From NCBI GenBank assembly GCA_046483985.1, contig JAWOCD010000017.1, positions 32,001 to 96,000 of the forward strand: a stretch of DNA of 64,000 nucleotides. The letters run 5' to 3'. Position 1 is the first letter of the stretch; each line of letters opens with the position of its first letter. The position numbers and the translations under genes were made by a program. Below the pieces are notes generated by a model. The model saw only the letters and a program-made list of their open reading frames with translations, was not told the origin of the DNA and searched no databases. This stretch comes from Promethearchaeia archaeon (lineage in GTDB: Archaea; Asgardarchaeota; Lokiarchaeia; Sigyniarchaeales; SOKP01). Below are positions 60,103-64,000 of this stretch, one piece after another.

Positions 60103-61440
60103 ATGAAGAGAGTAAAAGTTTTTATTTTTTTCTATCTGATTGGTTTTTTCCCCTCAATATCGACTTATTTTCTCGTAACAACCCCAGATATTTCTAATCA
60201 CGCCACATTTCATTTACAAAATGAAAACAGCGTCAGCAAGTATGAAAATCCGCAAAATGTAACCTATAAAATCGAGACATCATTAGTTTTACAAAACTCC
60301 ATCGAACTAGGAGACTATTATTTTAAAAATGCCAGGGTCGACAATAGAACTTTTGATTCGCAATTAACGCCGCGTGTCCCTCCATATCAGATTTCTAATT
60401 GTGAGTCCCTCAACATTAATGGTAATACCACGTCAATACAGTTTCAACAAGATAGATTCAATAATACCTATGATTCATTTAATTCGACCTCCCTTAACGA
60501 AGGAAGCGAAATTACAATCGATTACGAATATGAAGTGACCCTCAATGAAATCTTGTTTGATAATATTACGGAAAACGATATTGGCGAATATGATCAATCA
60601 GAAAAAATCTTTGACTTGTACTGCAATAAATCGGTGGAATATTTTAATACATCGGATCCCGATTTAATCAATCGTGCGGACTCCATTGTTGATTCCGGTG
60701 ATAATCCAGTCGAGAAGGCAGAAAAGATTTTTGATTGGATAATCGAAAATATCGAATATGATGAAACCCTCGATGAAGAAAAAGGCGCTACCTACGCATA
60801 TGCAAACAGAACGGGAGATTGCAGTGAGTTTTCTGATTTAATGGTCACGCTTCTAAGAATTCAAGGCATTCCGGCTAGAAAGGTTACAGGGTTTGTATTA
60901 ACTAATAATCCATTGACTGAACTAGAGGAGGAACAAGAATGGAACTACGATCTATCATATGATTCTAATAGCCAAACTATTAGTTCAGATAATCCATATC
61001 TGGGTCATGCATGGATAGAATACTATGTTCCTCAAGTGGGGTGGATTGCATGCGATCCCACGTGGGGCGTCCAAGCAGAAGAGCAAGAGGAAATGGACTA
61101 CTTTAACCGAATTGATTATCTTCATTTCGGAACGACTGTAGGGTCTCACATTCCTTATCCTCCTGGTGAAAATTGCAGTGAATTTCCATTTTTACCAGAA
61201 CCGGTTGTATTAATAGGGGGTTCAGAATATCTTTATGAAGTAAATACCAAAATTACTATTTTAGAAACCAATTTAAGCCTTTCGGATAGGGAACCCGAGT
61301 TATGGATGATAGTTTTGAGCATTATCCTTGTCTCCGCAATAATAGCGGGCATTATTGGGACGATAGTTATCATTATAAAAAAAGTCTATAAAAACGACGA
61401 GCGTCACGAAGTCAATACAAGTGAGAGATCTTATATGTAA
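60103..61440 (+). CDS. secreted, membrane-anchored transglutaminase-like protein
   Basis: GDCSEFS, GHAWIE and CDPT catalytic triad; signal peptide and C-terminal TM. Confidence 0.9.
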   Translation: MKRVKVFIFFYLIGFFPSISTYFLVTTPDISNHATFHLQNENSVSKYENPQNVTYKIETSLVLQNSIELGDYYFKNARVDNRTFDSQLTPRVPPYQISNCESLNINGNTTSIQFQQDRFNNTYDSFNSTSLNEGSEITIDYEYEVTLNEILFDNITENDIGEYDQSEKIFDLYCNKSVEYFNTSDPDLINRADSIVDSGDNPVEKAEKIFDWIIENIEYDETLDEEKGATYAYANRTGDCSEFSDLMVTLLRIQGIPARKVTGFVLTNNPLTELEEEQEWNYDLSYDSNSQTISSDNPYLGHAWIEYYVPQVGWIACDPTWGVQAEEQEEMDYFNRIDYLHFGTTVGSHIPYPPGENCSEFPFLPEPVVLIGGSEYLYEVNTKITILETNLSLSDREPELWMIVLSIILVSAIIAGIIGTIVIIIKKVYKNDERHEVNTSERSYM

Positions 61441-62840
61441 GTTTTGATTAACTCGTGAATAATATTAGAGAATTCGGGAATTTCCTCTTCGATTTGTTCT
61501 ATACTTTGGAATTCTTCCATAAAGAGCATGAGGTATAATTTATATTTCCCGACGTTGATTCGTTTAAAGACCACTTTTTTAGCCTCATCGGTTATTCCGG
61601 ATGAGACAATAAAATTTTGCTTGAGTAATTTGAATTCCTTAAATGTTTTATATAGGGTTTTAAAATGAGGTGCTGACAGTTCAAACACTTTTCCAAATAC
61701 CTCATCCTTTGCATAATTGGCCAGAATAATGCCATTTTCATTTAATAATAAGATTGCGTCAGAATCAGTTTTATTGGCGAATATTCGTAACTGCTGCTCA
61801 AACAAATCTCTATTTGGGCTTAACTGCGATAACCCAAAGGAATATGCAGAGATTAATGACCATCGATCAAAAATAGAGGTTTTAAATATTTTAATAAAAA
61901 AGTCTTCGGAATATTCGTTGAGCTTATCCTTCAATTTATCAATGTTGTTGTTAATTTCCGTAGATTCTTGTAAGTCGGGGTCGTATTTGTTTAAACAAAT
62001 AACAATTGGGGGTGATTCATTTAATTCTTTTAAAGAATTGATAATATCTTTATAAAGCTTTAATGCCTCATTCATTCGTTCACTATCTTGTACATCAATA
62101 ATATAGAATAAAAGATCGATATTATACAAGTAGATCTTACTTTGTTTAATATATTTATCCCGGTAGCGCTTTTGACCCCCGAGATCCCAAATAGAAATTT
62201 GAGAATTTTGTTGGGAGAACAATTTTTCCTCACTTCTATCTAATCCCTTGGTGGGAAGAAGTTTTATAATTTCGGAATATTTTTCTTTTATCGCTTTGAG
62301 GAAGGACGTTTTTCCCGCGTAATCAAGACCTGCATAGACTATCTTAATTTTTCGCTTTGCGGAGAGCGGATTTTCCAAATCTTGGGTAAATTCCATCAAT
62401 TCCTCTTTAAGCGCGTCCATTATTTTCCTATATTCCTCTAAGTCTCCAGCAGCTTGAAGAAGTGAAGCGGTTTTATCGATGATAATCCTTAAGTATTTCA
62501 TATTTTCATAAAAAAAGCTGGTGTTATCCTCGTCTATTAAGACGGTAATTGTGCTGGCTTTTGCTTGCCCCCTGGCTTTTTCATCAGCAATCAAGAAGAA
62601 ATATGTTAATCCAATTAATCCTAAATCAGGAAATGGAAGTATTCCAAAATAATTTACGCCTTTAATTTCTGTGCCGTTTTGATAAACAGCATCACCCATC
62701 AAAAGGGAAATTGTTTTCATTGCAATCAATAAACGATGAGCTTCATCAATATCTTTAGGCCAATAAACCTTGGGAGTAGGTCCATCGTCATCAAAGACAG
62801 AAAGAATAATTGATTTAATTACTGTATCATTCTTTTCGAT
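61431..62840 (-). CDS. folliculin/SMCR8-type longin + Rag/Arf-like small GTPase + roadblock fusion (probable ATC start at 62840; ORF track starts at 62729)
   Basis: G1 GLDYAGKTS, G2 PTKG, G3 WDLGGQ, G4 NKYD, G5 TSIFD; Rag-like C-terminal roadblock; longin IILSVFDDDGPTP..FLIADEKARG; SD AAGGAGGAG at 62855-62847. Confidence 0.85.
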   Translation of the reverse strand: MEKNDTVIKSIILSVFDDDGPTPKVYWPKDIDEAHRLLIAMKTISLLMGDAVYQNGTEIKGVNYFGILPFPDLGLIGLTYFFLIADEKARGQAKASTITVLIDEDNTSFFYENMKYLRIIIDKTASLLQAAGDLEEYRKIMDALKEELMEFTQDLENPLSAKRKIKIVYAGLDYAGKTSFLKAIKEKYSEIIKLLPTKGLDRSEEKLFSQQNSQISIWDLGGQKRYRDKYIKQSKIYLYNIDLLFYIIDVQDSERMNEALKLYKDIINSLKELNESPPIVICLNKYDPDLQESTEINNNIDKLKDKLNEYSEDFFIKIFKTSIFDRWSLISAYSFGLSQLSPNRDLFEQQLRIFANKTDSDAILLLNENGIILANYAKDEVFGKVFELSAPHFKTLYKTFKEFKLLKQNFIVSSGITDEAKKVVFKRINVGKYKLYLMLFMEEFQSIEQIEEEIPEFSNIIHELIKTYI

Positions 62841-63111
62841 TGTATACTCCTCCTTTATGAATTAATAGAGATTCGATTATCAGCGTGAAAATCTCAATTT
62901 TTTTCTCAAATATGCGTTTCCTTCTAATCAAAGTTTACGTTTTTTATAAATTAGTTTTCCATTTAAAGGTTTTTTTCCTTAAAATTTTTAACGAGTTTGG
63001 TTAAATAATTTTCAATATTTAATAAAAATATCCAAAATATCCAATTACTATGAATAAAGAAATAATTTAATTTTAAAAATTTAATCTCATGGTTCATTTC
63101 TCTATTTTTTT

Positions 63112-64000
63112 TTAAATCCGGAACTGGACGCATGAAGGGGATAATTCACCTAAAATATCCTCTAATATGTCATTAAAACCATTTTGGGAATCAATGTTAA
63201 TACGTATAAAGGAATTAATGATATTAGAATTCAAAATTGATTGCGTTTGCAGAGATTGGATATTATCAAATCGTAAACTTCTTTTTAATTGGGCAGAATT
63301 GAGATACCCCTTTTTTGACTTGAGATTATCGTTGTTGATGAATCGTTTCACCTTTTTTGGGAAGTGGCGAGTATCCAAGTTTAGAAATCGCTGATTTATG
63401 TATGTCGAGAAGTTTTCAAGAAGGACAAACTTTTTATTCTGTTCTTGTGTAAGCTTTTTGCATTTTTCTCTAATAAATTCGAGTACTTTCTTTCCCAAGA
63501 GAAACGAGCTTTCATTATCTTGGAGATATGCCCCAGTTAAGTTATAAACTGTCCTATTTAATCCAATAACGCTAATAGCTAGTTTTTGGCCCCTTAAATT
63601 CAGAAGATTGGTACCATTTAACGATCCGCTGCATAGAGGTAAGTGCCCCGAGTTAATCCGATTTTGGATGATTTCATATTTCTTTAAGAGGATATTGGCA
63701 CAAAGATCTAAACTCTCCTGAAGAGAGTCAAAAAATTTGGTTTCAGAATGGGTTTTATAACTTATTCGGGGAAGATTAATGCTTATATTTTGCAAGGTAC
63801 CGTAATTCAAGTATCCTGATTGCTCGATGATCTCATGTAAATTGGATTTTTGATGGAAATTTTTAAAATACGGAGATTCCGCATTCTTGATTTCATCCCA
63901 GAGTTGAGAATAATCATCTCTGCTTGAGTTTATCTTTTCCGGAGTAAAGCATATTATATGTTTGGGATTATTAAAGGGTTCTGAATTATAATCGCCTTCT
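63112..64000 (-). CDS. class III ribonucleotide reductase (NrdD)-like barrel, degenerate; 5' part lies outside the window
   Basis: frame open to the window edge: EGDYNSEPF..SPYFKNF..GTLQNISINLPR..SVIGL..RFLNLD..YLNS; no finger-loop Cys, Zn ribbon or glycyl-radical motif. Confidence 0.65.
   Translation of the reverse strand, partial: EGDYNSEPFNNPKHIICFTPEKINSSRDDYSQLWDEIKNAESPYFKNFHQKSNLHEIIEQSGYLNYGTLQNISINLPRISYKTHSETKFFDSLQESLDLCANILLKKYEIIQNRINSGHLPLCSGSLNGTNLLNLRGQKLAISVIGLNRTVYNLTGAYLQDNESSFLLGKKVLEFIREKCKKLTQEQNKKFVLLENFSTYINQRFLNLDTRHFPKKVKRFINNDNLKSKKGYLNSAQLKRSLRFDNIQSLQTQSILNSNIINSFIRINIDSQNGFNDILEDILGELSPSCVQFRI

Noticed and set aside
60103-61440. Transglutaminase as part of the GTPase system
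   Set aside because: Opposite strand, extracellular topology and a common family; more likely an unrelated insertion

Overview
AT-rich archaeal chromosomal DNA, most consistent with an Asgard archaeon (Lokiarchaeia-like). The assignment rests on archaeal eL13, Hdr/MvhD and the DUF39 homocysteine system, together with many eukaryotic-signature proteins: gelsolin, Rpn11-like JAMM, roadblock, longin, V4R/Bet3-fold and a Rag/Arf-like GTPase. About 50 genes are visible, including two VapBC toxin-antitoxin pairs, one DDE transposase inserted in a roadblock/longin operon, a glycan/phosphate-scavenging cluster and scattered IS200/IS605-like hairpin remnants. No rRNA, tRNA or CRISPR array was found. 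The most notable signal is a set of genes resembling the eukaryotic Rag-Ragulator-GATOR1-FLCN nutrient-sensing machinery. It comprises (i) a folliculin/SMCR8-type longin with the 'ARG' arginine-finger motif fused to a Rag-type GTPase plus roadblock domain, (ii) a nearby NPRL2-like longin-winged-helix protein with an Arg at the GAP position, (iii) an MFS transporter fused to a longin and coupled to a longin-WH-WH gene, and (iv) a roadblock/V4R/longin-roadblock operon. Two of these genes appear to start at non-canonical ATC/ATA codons. Also notable are a candidate ~110-nt structured ncRNA with its own promoter, a tandem vWA-RING/PHD pair resembling TFIIH p44, a TMEM62-like phosphoesterase and an NrdD-like protein lacking its radical motifs. 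All comparisons to eukaryotic proteins are by eye against remembered sequences and need HMM or structure confirmation.
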